A DNA stretch of 64,000 nucleotides from Spirochaetota bacterium (GTDB lineage Bacteria > Spirochaetota > UBA4802 > JAFGDQ01), in contig JAZDKB010000013.1 in assembly GCA_043803405.1 (NCBI GenBank), positions 1 through 64,000 on the forward strand, read 5' to 3'. This document shows, one piece after another, positions 21,259 through 31,646 of this stretch. The notes beneath the pieces were generated by a model, which saw only the letters and a program-made list of their open reading frames with translations, had not been told where the DNA came from and did not search any database. A program made the translations under genes and the position numbers. Each line of letters begins with the position of its first letter. Within the stretch, counting starts at the first letter, position 1.

Positions 21259-22128
21259 ATGAATACTAATTTTATAAAAATAAACAGCATATCGGAAATA
21301 AATACTGCAAAGGTTTCTGTTCACGACCTGAACAACAGGTATATTGATAAAGAAGGGAAAATGTATGGGTTAAAATACAACAGAAAAACCAGAAAAGTAA
21401 GCATCATAAGAATAATCCGCACACCTGCAAAATCCGCCGAATATTTTAATCAAATGCTGAAAACGCAGAAAATAGAAAACAAAATCAGTGCCCGTATAGC
21501 CCCTGAAAAAAATATTTCAGAAAGATCCGCTTTTTTTAGAAATAATGATACCTTAAACAAGGAAGAACCTTTTGATCTGAATAAGTTTATTAATGAATCT
21601 GTCGAAATTATGCATACACACAAAACAAGGCTTACAGGCATAATGATGAATATTAAAAATTCGCGGATGATCCAGGAAAAAGATAAACCGAATTATAATC
21701 AATTAAATGATTATTTCAGAAATCTTGAAATAGACGGCCTGGTAAGAATAGACAAAGCGCTTACCGATTATAAAGAAATAAAAAATTATCCGAGATCGCT
21801 CACTTATTATTTATCAAAACTGGATTCTAAAAACAGAAAAGTTGCAGACGAACTGGATACAGACGTAAAAAAAATGTCTTTCGTATTTGCTGCAGAAATG
21901 TTTTACAGTTTAAAAACTCTATACAGGACATTGTTTAAGATACTGAATGATTTAAATCGTTTTATAAGTATAATAAGCCCGGGAGAACCCAAGGATATTA
22001 CGAGTTCAGAAAGGCAGTATTTTGCAGATGCGAAAATTTCACTGGAAAATACTATGGATGAAAGTACAAGACTGCTGGAAAATTTAAAAGAATATGAAGA
22101 ATATCTGAACAATCCAAAAAATTTTTAA
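21259..22128 (+). CDS. Conserved hypothetical protein
   Basis: 289-aa ORF with helical C-terminal part; no motif recognised. Confidence 0.7.
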   Translation: MNTNFIKINSISEINTAKVSVHDLNNRYIDKEGKMYGLKYNRKTRKVSIIRIIRTPAKSAEYFNQMLKTQKIENKISARIAPEKNISERSAFFRNNDTLNKEEPFDLNKFINESVEIMHTHKTRLTGIMMNIKNSRMIQEKDKPNYNQLNDYFRNLEIDGLVRIDKALTDYKEIKNYPRSLTYYLSKLDSKNRKVADELDTDVKKMSFVFAAEMFYSLKTLYRTLFKILNDLNRFISIISPGEPKDITSSERQYFADAKISLENTMDESTRLLENLKEYEEYLNNPKNF

Positions 22129-22146
22129 AACCTGAAAAAAGCCCGG

Positions 22147-23556
22147 TTATTCTTTTATAATAATTACCTTCCCGAACCTGCCCAGTTTTTTCTCAAGATC
22201 TTTACTTCCGATTACAACTTTTACAAGCCCGCTGCCGAATAGCTGTGATGCGCATTTTTGAATTTCGCCCGTAGAAACGCTTTCCGTATTTTTTACATAA
22301 TCAAGATAAAAAGATTCGCCCAGGCCGTTATAGCTCAGAAAAGAATATTTTCTTAGAATGTTTATGGAAGTATCGAATTCGAAAATATAACTGTTCTTTA
22401 CCGAATCTTTTGCAAGCTGCAGCTCTTCTTTTTTAACCGTAGAACCGGCCATTTGCTCAATGTTCTCAAGCAACAGCGATAAAGCAGTGTCAGCCGTTTC
22501 ATTTTTTGTCTGTGCATAGGCAAGAAAAACCCCGGTATTTTTTCTGTGCCTTAACACTGACTGCACAGCATAAGCAAGGCCTCTCTTTACTCTTATCTCC
22601 TGCATAAGCCTGGAATTAAAGTCGCTGCCTCCTAGTATGTCGTTCATCAGCGACATAGCATATATCCTTGCGTCTTTAATGTCGGGTGCAATGGTTCCTG
22701 CAACAATAGTCGCCTGCGGAATATCCTTCGGGAGAAGATAAATATTTTTTGATTTATCCTTTAAAGAGGCCATAGCTTCGTTTAAAGCAAAGGTATAAGC
22801 AATTGCTTCCCCTGCGTTAAGCGATTTAAATTTTTCAAGGTTCTTTTCAATGTCGCTGTAATCAGCCGATCCTGCAATTCCAATAATTATATTTTTTGCA
22901 GTAAAATATTTCTGAAAAATATTTCCAAGATCGTCCTTTGAAACTGACTTAAGGCTTTCTTCGGTTGCAGATGCACCGTAGCCTGTCCCGTTAAAAATGA
23001 TTTCCCTTGCCTTTTCAAATGCAAGCATATCCGGATTATCTTTTTTTCTTCTGACGTCTTCCAGAAGCAGTGACCGTGCATTCTCAATTATCTTTGCGTC
23101 TAAATTAGGATTCGTTATAATATCATGTAAAATGTCAAAAGCCGTATCCGAATATTTTTCCAGAACCTGTATTGAAATTACGGTTTCTTCAAAGGACGAT
23201 TCAACCGCGAATCTGCCCCCGATATTTTCAATGGTATTATGCAGAACATCTGCCGGATATTTCTTTGAGCCCGCAAGGGACAATGTCTTTGCGAGCAGAT
23301 CGGATATGCCCGCGTTTTTATTGTTCTCGTATAATTTCCCATAGCCGGCAGAAAGTATTATTATTACACGCGGGAGTTCATCCTTTATATAAAAGACTCT
23401 AAGCCCGTTTTTAATTTTTGAACTTTTAACCGAAGGCAGCGCTATATTATCTATCGTTATCGATTTTGATTGCGCATGCGCTTTGCTTAATTTCAGCTCA
23501 GCGTTTATTGCAAGAATGATCGTTAAAATAATAATAAAATATTTTTTCATGGGCAT
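22147..23556 (-). CDS. M16 (pitrilysin) family peptidase, non-catalytic subunit
   Basis: Lacks HxxEH; has SRLMQEIRVKRGLAY (R/Y pair); signal peptide. Confidence 0.85.
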   Translation of the reverse strand: MPMKKYFIIILTIILAINAELKLSKAHAQSKSITIDNIALPSVKSSKIKNGLRVFYIKDELPRVIIILSAGYGKLYENNKNAGISDLLAKTLSLAGSKKYPADVLHNTIENIGGRFAVESSFEETVISIQVLEKYSDTAFDILHDIITNPNLDAKIIENARSLLLEDVRRKKDNPDMLAFEKAREIIFNGTGYGASATEESLKSVSKDDLGNIFQKYFTAKNIIIGIAGSADYSDIEKNLEKFKSLNAGEAIAYTFALNEAMASLKDKSKNIYLLPKDIPQATIVAGTIAPDIKDARIYAMSLMNDILGGSDFNSRLMQEIRVKRGLAYAVQSVLRHRKNTGVFLAYAQTKNETADTALSLLLENIEQMAGSTVKKEELQLAKDSVKNSYIFEFDTSINILRKYSFLSYNGLGESFYLDYVKNTESVSTGEIQKCASQLFGSGLVKVVIGSKDLEKKLGRFGKVIIIKE

Positions 23557-23570
23557 ACCGCTTGCCTTAT

Positions 23571-25070
23571 TTATTTTTTCCCGCTGGTTCTTAAAATGCC
23601 GACTGTCCTGTTTTCCTGGGTAAAATACATGCGCATTGTTTCTTTTATATCCTGCATGGTTATACTTTTAAGTGTTTTTAAATAATCAAGAGAGTATTTC
23701 CAGTTCCCGAAATTCGTCTGGTAATATGAAAGCATCCGCGCAATACCCATGTTATTGTCCATTTGAAAAATATACGCAGACTCTTTTTGATTTATTACTT
23801 TTTTTAATTCATCGTCGGTTAAACCGGTCATTGTTTTTCCGAGTTCTTCATAAATTGCTTCTTCCAGTTTTTCCGGTGTAGCCGGATATTTGGGCATTGC
23901 AGCTATTACAAACAGGTTGTCGTACCTTGCACCCGGGTACCCGTTCCATGCGCCTATCGAGGCTGCTAAACCTTTGTCGATCATAAGCGACTTGTTCAAT
24001 CTTGAAGAATTCCCTTCCGATAATACGCTTTCGATTATTTCAAATACATAATCGGTTTTTGAAGGGAATGAAGGTTTATGCCAGCCTAATATAAGATATG
24101 GATTTGAATCAAATACAAGATCGAATCTTTTTTCTCCTTTTTGCAAAGGCTCCATAGTATGTATTTCCGGCCGGTCTTCACCTTTTGGCAGTTTGCCGAA
24201 ATATTTAATTAGCAGTTTAAACGTATCATCAGTATTTTGCTTGCCCACAACCGTAATTGTCATTCTTGATGCTGTATAATTTTTTTTATAGAATTCTCTT
24301 ACATCTTTAATTGAAAAGCGCTCGATATTCGATCTCCATCCTATGATCGGATGCCTGTACGGATGGGCAATAAATGCATTTGCAATAAACTCTTCAAACA
24401 GGCTGCCTTCGCCGTGCGATTCATAGCTTCTAAGCCTTTCTTCGAGCACGGCTTTTTTCTCCATATAAAATTCCCTTAAAACGGGATTCCTCAGTCTTTC
24501 AGATTCAAGATCCGCCCATATTTCCAGTTTTGAAGCAGGAAGCTCAATATAATAAGTCGTCATATCCCTGGATGTTGAAGCATTAAATCCAACTCCTCCG
24601 TTTCCCGTATAAATTCTGGAATACGGGGAAGCGACTATATATTTCCTTTGTTCATCCTGAAGTTTATTCAGCCTGGCAGTCAGCTCTTTAATTTCTTTGC
24701 TGTCGGGGTCCTTAATGTTTAAATAATTGATCCTCTCGCCTGTTTCTTCAATCTGATCCTGAATGATCTTTTCCTTTTTAAAATCCGTAGTACCTATAAC
24801 ATCAGTGCCTTTAAAAAGCATGTGTTCCAGCATGTGTGCAATGCCAATGGAATTTTCGCTCTCGTCAACAGATCCGACTTTAAAAGAGATAAGCAGGGCA
24901 AGAGTAGGCGTGTAACCGCGGTCCAGCATTATTACGTTAATGCCGTTTGGCATTGTTTTCTGCACAACGCTGTTTTTTAAATATTCACCTGCATCGTTTA
25001 TTTTTGCCTGGCCCGTAGTAGTCAGGAGCGACAACCAGAACATTATTATAATAATTTTTAATAATTTCAT
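23571..25070 (-). CDS. M16 family zinc peptidase, catalytic subunit
   Basis: HMLEH (HxxEH), NASTS, HPYRHPIIG; signal peptide. Confidence 0.9.
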   Translation of the reverse strand: MKLLKIIIIMFWLSLLTTTGQAKINDAGEYLKNSVVQKTMPNGINVIMLDRGYTPTLALLISFKVGSVDESENSIGIAHMLEHMLFKGTDVIGTTDFKKEKIIQDQIEETGERINYLNIKDPDSKEIKELTARLNKLQDEQRKYIVASPYSRIYTGNGGVGFNASTSRDMTTYYIELPASKLEIWADLESERLRNPVLREFYMEKKAVLEERLRSYESHGEGSLFEEFIANAFIAHPYRHPIIGWRSNIERFSIKDVREFYKKNYTASRMTITVVGKQNTDDTFKLLIKYFGKLPKGEDRPEIHTMEPLQKGEKRFDLVFDSNPYLILGWHKPSFPSKTDYVFEIIESVLSEGNSSRLNKSLMIDKGLAASIGAWNGYPGARYDNLFVIAAMPKYPATPEKLEEAIYEELGKTMTGLTDDELKKVINQKESAYIFQMDNNMGIARMLSYYQTNFGNWKYSLDYLKTLKSITMQDIKETMRMYFTQENRTVGILRTSGKK

Positions 25071-25110
25071 TCTATATCCTTTGACTTTAAGTGTTTTACT
25101 ATTATTTATA

Positions 25111-25470
25111 CTAATCTTTATTGTTCTTCAGAATTTCTTCGGCAGCTTTCTTTAATTGCGGATCGACATTTACATGAATATTCTTTTCCGCAGCAGACTG
25201 CGCATTTGACTTGTCTTCGTATATCCATTGGCCGAGGGCGCTTATCATTCTTTCGAATATCTCATTGACCTTGTTGTGCATATTGGCCTTTTTATAAAAC
25301 TTAAAAGCCATTAACGGCTGTTTCTTTTCATAATAATAAAAATCGCCTATCCTGGCAATGCCGTCTTTGTAATCTGTTTTAACAAATATTTTTAAAGCAT
25401 TATCGATTTCGCCCTTATTAAAGAGTTCATTTCCTTTTCTTATTAAAGCTATTCTCTCTTTTTTATCCAT
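25111..25470 (-). CDS. Conserved hypothetical TPR-like protein
   Basis: ERIALIRKGNELFN.G helical-repeat-like sequence; GAGGA RBS-like sequence upstream. Confidence 0.7.
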   Translation of the reverse strand: MDKKERIALIRKGNELFNKGEIDNALKIFVKTDYKDGIARIGDFYYYEKKQPLMAFKFYKKANMHNKVNEIFERMISALGQWIYEDKSNAQSAAEKNIHVNVDPQLKKAAEEILKNNKD

Positions 25471-25826
25471 AAATATTTGCTGTATCCTCTTTGCCTAGAA
25501 AGAAGATCCAAAGAAATTTTTGTATTTACTCATTGCATCTTTCAAGGCACTTTTCTCTTGAATACGCGCAAGTCTTCTAAAACAGACTCTTAAATATACA
25601 ATCGATATGAATATTGATAATATAAGTATAAAAAAGTCAACAGCAATTCAGTGAAGAAGCGCGGGATTTGCCGCAAAAGAAGCTGATCAAGCGGTGAGAT
25701 GCACGATTAATTCTGCGCCAAACGCTGCATTTGTTTCAGCGTTCTGCGCAGAATCATGCAATAGACTTTGCGCATTCCGCATATAACGCGGAATGTTCAG
25801 CAAGCATATTTGCACTACAAGTGTTT

Positions 25827-26189
25827 TTAGTGTTCCTGGCACCCGTGCTCGTGTTCGGCGCATCCGATACCTGAGTCACTGAGTTTGCCTGCAAGCCACT
25901 GCTCTGTGACTGACCTTACGTCGCCTGAGCAGCCTCTCAGCACCTGAATGCCGAAGCTCTGGAGAACATTGACAGCGCCCTGGCCCATATTGCCCGCAAG
26001 CATCAGGTTCACTCCCAAAGCGGATAAAGTATTCACAATATTTGATTTGCACCCGCATCCTGCTGCGGAATTGACTTTATCCTCCGAAACTATTTCTTTA
26101 TTATCGTTAACAGTAAAAACTGTAAAATACTGGCAGTGCCCGAAATGTTCATCTACCATATTCTGATTTGAAGGTAATGCTATTTTCAT
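25827..26189 (-). CDS. NifB/NifX (MTH1175/ORP-like) family protein
   Basis: MKIALP, HFGHC..F, GNMGQGA; GCGC and C-terminal Cys/His tail. Confidence 0.88.
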   Translation of the reverse strand: MKIALPSNQNMVDEHFGHCQYFTVFTVNDNKEIVSEDKVNSAAGCGCKSNIVNTLSALGVNLMLAGNMGQGAVNVLQSFGIQVLRGCSGDVRSVTEQWLAGKLSDSGIGCAEHEHGCQEH

Positions 26190-26195
26190 TACATC

Positions 26196-26603
26196 TTACT
26201 CCTTATTGTTTAATATTTTTTTCCCGCATCTGGGGCAAATAAATTCATTTGCCGGTTCGTGAGAAGAGTTAAATGTCTTTTTGCATACACTGCATCTGAT
26301 GCGTCCTTTTTCTTCCATCGCAACTTCCCCGCCTTCTATTTTGAGTGCTTTTCCGTTTATTAAAACATCAGCTATTTTTTTGTGAGCGGATTCTATTATC
26401 CTGCCGAATGTCTGCCTTGAAATGTTCATTTTCGCAGCAGCGTCTTCCTGGTACAATCCTTCGGCATCCGCAAGCCGTATAGCCTCAAATTCATCAAGCG
26501 TTAAAACAATTTCCTCTAACTCTAAAGACGGAATGCCTCTCGGCTTAAAATAATTCGCATCCGGAGAGCATCCTATTTTTCTGCAGCATTTTGGCCTTGA
26601 CAT
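26196..26603 (-). CDS. DUF134 family DNA-binding protein with C-terminal zinc ribbon
   Basis: MSRP.C.R, FKPRG, EFEAIRLAD..GLYQE.AA..M.ISRQTF; CxxC...CxxC tail. Confidence 0.9.
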   Translation of the reverse strand: MSRPKCCRKIGCSPDANYFKPRGIPSLELEEIVLTLDEFEAIRLADAEGLYQEDAAAKMNISRQTFGRIIESAHKKIADVLINGKALKIEGGEVAMEEKGRIRCSVCKKTFNSSHEPANEFICPRCGKKILNNKE

Positions 26604-26623
26604 TTAAACACCCCGATATAATA

Positions 26624-26639
26624 ATGAGCATATGCTCAT
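26624..26639. promoter_or_regulatory. Perfect 16-bp palindrome, candidate DUF134 operator
   Basis: ATGAGCATATGCTCAT, lying just downstream of a TTGACG (-35) on the minus strand, upstream of DUF134. Confidence 0.65.
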
Positions 26640-26696
26640 AAATCGTCAACATAAAATTTTTATTTTTTAAAAAAAGCTCACTATTTTCTCAAAATT

Positions 26697-28007
26697 ATGC
26701 ATAAAGAAACTAGACAGGATATTATTTTAGACAGCATAGCGGACGGTGTCTTTACCGTTGATATGGATTTTAAGATCACATCAATAAACAGGGCAGGCGC
26801 CAAAATTCTGGACATACGAAAAGAGGAAGCTGTCGGCAAACTCTGCTTTGAAATCTTCCACGCCAATATATGCGAGCATTCCTGCGCATTAAAAGAAACA
26901 ATGGATACAGGCGACAATATTATAAATAAAACTATTTATATTGTAAATTCCAAAGGTGAACGGGTACCGGTAAGCGTAAGCACAGCGCTTTTAAAAAACA
27001 ATAAAAACGAAGTTATTGGAGGAGTCGAGACATTCCGCGACATAACGGATATTGAAACCCTTCGCAGGGAGATTGAGGCAAAGTTTTCTTTTAATGATAT
27101 AATAACCAAGAATAAAAAAATGATGGAATTGTTCGCCATTTTACCTGACATAGCCCGGAGCGACAGCTCCGTGCTTATACAGGGTCCGACAGGCACAGGC
27201 AAAGAACTTATAGCAAAAGCCATTCATTCCCTGAGTTCGCGGAAAAAAAAGCCGTTTATAGCCATTAACTGCGCCGCTTTGCCGGACAATCTTCTCGAGT
27301 CCGAGCTTTTCGGGTACAAAGCCGGAGCGTTCACAGATGCAAGGAAGGATAAACCCGGAAGGATTGCGCTGGCTGAGGGCGGATCAGTTTTCCTTGACGA
27401 AATAGGCGAACTATCGCCTGCAATACAGGTTAAGCTTTTACGCTTTCTTCAGGAGAAGGAATACGAGCCGCTTGGATCAACTTCTACCATAAATGCAAAT
27501 GTGCGTATAATCGCCGCGACCAATAAAGATTTGCTGTCCGGTATTGCAAACCGTTCTTTCAGGGACGATCTTTACTACAGGCTTAATGTGATCAATATTA
27601 AACTCGATCCTTTAGCCGGACGCAGGGAAGATGTCCCGCTTCTGGTGAGTCATTTTATAAAAAAATTCAATGCTATTAAAGGCAAACACATTGAGGGTGT
27701 TTCCGATGATGTCATGAATATTCTAATGAATTACGATTATCCGGGAAACATCAGGGAACTGGAAAATATTATTGAGCATGCTTTCGTACTTTGCAGGGAT
27801 GCTTATATCGCGCGGGGGCATCTTCCTCAGCAGTTTCGCGGAAACATTCCGGGTGCCGGCCCAAAAATGACATTGTCGGAAATGGAGCGGATTTATATTA
27901 TTTCCGCGCTGGAAAAAAACAACGGAAATAAATCAAATGCCGCGGCCGATCTGGGCATAGACTCTTCAACATTATGGAGAAAAATAAAAAAATATAATAT
28001 AACCTGA
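26697..28007 (+). CDS. PAS-domain sigma54-dependent activator (OrpR-like)
   Basis: PAS with C-x8-C-x3-C (CFEIFHANICEHSC); GPTGTGKE, ESELFG..GAFTDA, FRDDLYYRL; Fis-type HTH. Confidence 0.9.
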   Translation: MHKETRQDIILDSIADGVFTVDMDFKITSINRAGAKILDIRKEEAVGKLCFEIFHANICEHSCALKETMDTGDNIINKTIYIVNSKGERVPVSVSTALLKNNKNEVIGGVETFRDITDIETLRREIEAKFSFNDIITKNKKMMELFAILPDIARSDSSVLIQGPTGTGKELIAKAIHSLSSRKKKPFIAINCAALPDNLLESELFGYKAGAFTDARKDKPGRIALAEGGSVFLDEIGELSPAIQVKLLRFLQEKEYEPLGSTSTINANVRIIAATNKDLLSGIANRSFRDDLYYRLNVINIKLDPLAGRREDVPLLVSHFIKKFNAIKGKHIEGVSDDVMNILMNYDYPGNIRELENIIEHAFVLCRDAYIARGHLPQQFRGNIPGAGPKMTLSEMERIYIISALEKNNGNKSNAAADLGIDSSTLWRKIKKYNIT

Positions 28008-28074
28008 TTCCTTTTAATGGCAAACAGATATTAATATAAATACTGATAAACAGCCGGATAAATATCAATCAAGA

Positions 28075-28359
28075 GTGCAGCTTATGGAAAATATTATTGT
28101 ACGGCTTCAACTTGACGGCCACTGCATTGAGACCGCAGCAAAAAAAGAGTTTCAGCATTTGATGGATAATTTCATGAGCTCGCAGGACAGGGACGAAGAA
28201 ACGTCAATGGAGCAACTGGAGCTTCTCAGAGAATTTTTGCTTAAGTCGGATTTCCGGGCACTGCGGGCTTCAGACAAAAGGCTGTCAGGAACAGAAAAAT
28301 CGAATGTTATTGTGTTCCGCAATAGTGACGGAAAACCTGAACTGCAAATCGAAACTTAA
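28075..28359 (+). CDS. Hypothetical protein
   Basis: 94-aa ORF with GHCIET and DFRALR segments. Confidence 0.6.
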   Translation: MQLMENIIVRLQLDGHCIETAAKKEFQHLMDNFMSSQDRDEETSMEQLELLREFLLKSDFRALRASDKRLSGTEKSNVIVFRNSDGKPELQIET

Positions 28360-28514
28360 TAAAATACATAATATCAGGATATCCGATAAATCTGTCTATT
28401 CAGCGTATTTTATTTCCATTTTTTAAAATTCATTGAAGCACGATATATAAAGAATGAAGATACCAACTCTTTTTTAAAATGTGAGTTAAACTGTAAGAAC
28501 ACCTTTGTCGAATA

Positions 28515-29171
28515 TCAACCGGCAAATTGCAGAATGTAATATATTGATTTAAATGATTCCGGATTTTTTTTATATTCTTTTATCTCGGAAATTTCATTTT
28601 TAAACAACGAATCATCATTTAAGGATTTTATTCCTGCTTCCATGCATCTGTAATAATCATCCCACCATTCGTTTTTATCCAGCCGGAAAGACCCGATGAG
28701 GTTCAAATTATATTTTTTAAATATATCTTTTTTTCGCGCGTCATCCTTTATCTCATCATGAATTATGATATATCCTTTGCTTTTAATATGTTTAACAAGA
28801 ACGGGTAATCCTTTTTCAAATCCGATTACATTCAGAAAACCTTCCGCTAATATAATATCAAAATTAATATTGAATAAATAATTTTCATTTATAGAGGCAT
28901 GGATTATTTTAATTCTGTCGGAATATTTTGATTCATCAATTTTTTTCTGCAGCCATGTTAAACTCGATTTATCAGAATCAACCGCGTAAATTATACCGTT
29001 AAAATTTTCAGCTAAAGCAAGAGTCGGAACTCCTGTTCCGCATCCGATGTCCAGGATTATAGGATTGTCAGGTTTAGGGATTAATGAAAATGCTTTAAAA
29101 GTATATTTAAGCAAATTTTCCCTGCATTCGTCCATAATTTTATATTTTTCTGAATTCATAAAAGATATCAC
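28515..29171 (-). CDS. Class I SAM-dependent methyltransferase
   Basis: ILDIGCGTG and FDIILAEG. Confidence 0.88.
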   Translation of the reverse strand: MISFMNSEKYKIMDECRENLLKYTFKAFSLIPKPDNPIILDIGCGTGVPTLALAENFNGIIYAVDSDKSSLTWLQKKIDESKYSDRIKIIHASINENYLFNINFDIILAEGFLNVIGFEKGLPVLVKHIKSKGYIIIHDEIKDDARKKDIFKKYNLNLIGSFRLDKNEWWDDYYRCMEAGIKSLNDDSLFKNEISEIKEYKKNPESFKSIYYILQFAG

Positions 29172-29346
29172 GCTATATCAGTTTTTACTGCTTCTCACCA
29201 GGAAACATTTTAAAATTATCTTTGCTTAATGATTTCTTCTGAGAATAAATCATTGTTCTTTGAAATACAACAAATTATTTTAATAAATTTTCTTGACTTT
29301 AATAATCGTTACTTAATAATATTTTATTCCAAATGACTAAGGACAA

Positions 29347-29652
29347 ATGATGTTTCAAAGCTTTTTAAAAATAATCCGCAAAAAACAAATCTATGCTCTG
29401 CTGGCAGTCGCCCTCATAGTTATAGGTACGCTCATCGTGGCTTTTCATCACCATGATGACGGCAAAATTCATGTTGATTGCCCGATATGCAGACTGCAGG
29501 AATCCGGATTAGCTGCACTCGTTAATCAAAAAATCATCGTAATTGTTCCGCACGTTTTTATATGCTGTTATCTGATATTTTTATCATCAATCATTAACAA
29601 AACTTTTATCCACAAGAGCGCATACCCGCACGCTCCTCCTTTTATCTCCTAA
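29347..29652 (+). CDS. DUF2946-like leader protein (TM, His-rich + CxxC, C-terminal HAPP)
   Basis: Hydrophobic N-terminus, FHHHDDGKIHVDCPIC, ends YPHAPPFIS; upstream of a metal-uptake operon. Confidence 0.7.
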   Translation: MMFQSFLKIIRKKQIYALLAVALIVIGTLIVAFHHHDDGKIHVDCPICRLQESGLAALVNQKIIVIVPHVFICCYLIFLSSIINKTFIHKSAYPHAPPFIS

Positions 29653-29953
29653 AAAAATTTCATGTTATATACCTGACTGGAAGACGGCCTGTTCAGAATA
29701 TGCAGGTTGGCATTCAGCATTATCATTCAAGCAACGAGATTACCATAATAATTATCAATATTGGTATATCTGCTTTGATAGTTAATTAAAGAAAATATTT
29801 ATATTCGACTAAACGCTGTTACAGTCATGCTCATTAACGCTGAATTTATCTGCATGTGAGTTTTAAAAATACACTGTAAAGACAAATAGTTTTTCAGCCA
29901 GCTGTGCTGTACAGGAGTTTTTAAAATCCAAATAATTCAAAGGAGATCAATAA

Positions 29954-31264
29954 TTGAAAAATATATTAATATATTTATTACTGATGATTCTTACTTCATC
30001 AGTCGCCTTTGCTCAAAACAAGGCAAATGAAGATTTTAGTATCAGTGTTCAGAAAGAGGGGTCTTCAGGCTCTCCGTTTTCTCAGTCAAAATTTGTTCCC
30101 GATATATCGCTTATACTCGATGCATCGTATGTCTGGCGCAGCATTAAGGACGAGAAAATAAATACTCTGAGCAGCCCTGAATTTACTCATGCCATGTCTG
30201 AAGAGGATGCACACGAAAATATGAACTCCCGCAACGGATTCAATTTTAATTACGCTGAACTAACTTTTTATTCCGTTGTCGATCCATACTTTGACCTTTT
30301 CGCGGTATGTCACTTCTCAAAGGATGGAGCCGAGATAGAAGAAGGTTATTTCACTACAACTGCTTTGCCTTATGGGTTTCAGCTTAAGGGAGGCAACTTT
30401 TTAAGTCATTTCGGAAGAATAAACGAACAGCATGCGCATTACTGGGATTTCGCGGAGATACCGCTGGCATACCAGACCTTTTTCGGGGCTGAGGGACTTA
30501 ATGAAACCGGGGGACGGCTCACATGGGTCGCGCCGATTGATTTTTATTTAATGTTCGGTTCCGAAGTTCTCATGGGGAGCAATGAAACTACTTTTGGAAA
30601 TGAAGGATTTACCAGTGCTGACGGATCTGTAAATGTTAAAGGAAACAACGGCCCCAATCTAAGCGTCAGTTATGTAAAAACATCCTTCGATATGGGTGAT
30701 CTGGTTGTGCTCGCGGGCGCATCCGGCGCTTTTGGCAGAACCCGCATTAATCACGGCATTGATATATCCGGCGAGGAAGGCCATGCGATGCAAGGAAAGT
30801 CGTATGTGCTTGGAGGCGACCTCACTCTGAAATATCAGATCGATTCAATACGTTTCCTGTCGCTTCAATCAGAATATCTTTACAGAAATATGAAGGGATC
30901 GCTTTATGAAAAAGATGCTGCCGATGCTGTTTCCGAATCCGACATTGATAAAAAACAATCCGGATTTTATTCCCAGCTCGTCGGCAAGTTTTCAAAACGC
31001 TGGAGAATCGGACTTCGTTATGATCTCCTTCAGTTGAACGATGTAAAAGAGAACGGGAGTAAGAAGAATTTACCGGATAATCTGCCGAGATATTCGGCAA
31101 TGACAGATTACAATCCGACTGAATTTTCCCGAATACGGCTTCAATATAACTGCGATATGAGCAAATACGAAACTGCCGGAGATACGTACAGCAGGAAGAT
31201 TAATCACGAGGTTTTTTTACAGATTAATTTAGCGATCGGCGCGCACGGCGCACATTCGTTTTAA
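29954..31264 (+). CDS. Outer-membrane beta-barrel protein of metal-uptake operons
   Basis: Signal peptide; VDPYF, EIEEGYF, FGRINEQHAH.WDF, PTEFSRIRLQY and C-terminal IGAHGAHSF. Confidence 0.78.
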   Translation: MKNILIYLLLMILTSSVAFAQNKANEDFSISVQKEGSSGSPFSQSKFVPDISLILDASYVWRSIKDEKINTLSSPEFTHAMSEEDAHENMNSRNGFNFNYAELTFYSVVDPYFDLFAVCHFSKDGAEIEEGYFTTTALPYGFQLKGGNFLSHFGRINEQHAHYWDFAEIPLAYQTFFGAEGLNETGGRLTWVAPIDFYLMFGSEVLMGSNETTFGNEGFTSADGSVNVKGNNGPNLSVSYVKTSFDMGDLVVLAGASGAFGRTRINHGIDISGEEGHAMQGKSYVLGGDLTLKYQIDSIRFLSLQSEYLYRNMKGSLYEKDAADAVSESDIDKKQSGFYSQLVGKFSKRWRIGLRYDLLQLNDVKENGSKKNLPDNLPRYSAMTDYNPTEFSRIRLQYNCDMSKYETAGDTYSRKINHEVFLQINLAIGAHGAHSF

Positions 31265-31282
31265 TATTTCAGGAGGAAAAAT

Positions 31283-31630
31283 ATGTTAAAAAAATTATCA
31301 GTAAAATATTTAGTCTTATTCTTCATGATGTCGGTTTCAATGGCCGGCTGTTCGAGTGCCGGTAACTTATACTATTCTATTTTCAAAAAAGGCGATATTA
31401 TCGAAATGAATGAAAAGGAGATAGTATTCTGTGTTGGATGCGTTGAAAAGATTGAGATAGGACAAGAGTTTAAAATTTATAAACATGTCGTTCATAAACC
31501 GCATTACGGCGCTTATTGGAAAAAAGAGTACATCGGTGTAGTTAAAATCAAGGAATTCACAGATACACATCACGCAAGGGCAACAATATTATCGGGGGTG
31601 CCTGATGAAAAAACTAAAGTTGAAATGTAA
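31283..31630 (+). CDS. Hypothetical lipoprotein
   Basis: Lipobox MAGC; AGGAGG RBS. Confidence 0.7.
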   Translation: MLKKLSVKYLVLFFMMSVSMAGCSSAGNLYYSIFKKGDIIEMNEKEIVFCVGCVEKIEIGQEFKIYKHVVHKPHYGAYWKKEYIGVVKIKEFTDTHHARATILSGVPDEKTKVEM

Positions 31631-31646
31631 TTTAAGGAGAATAACA

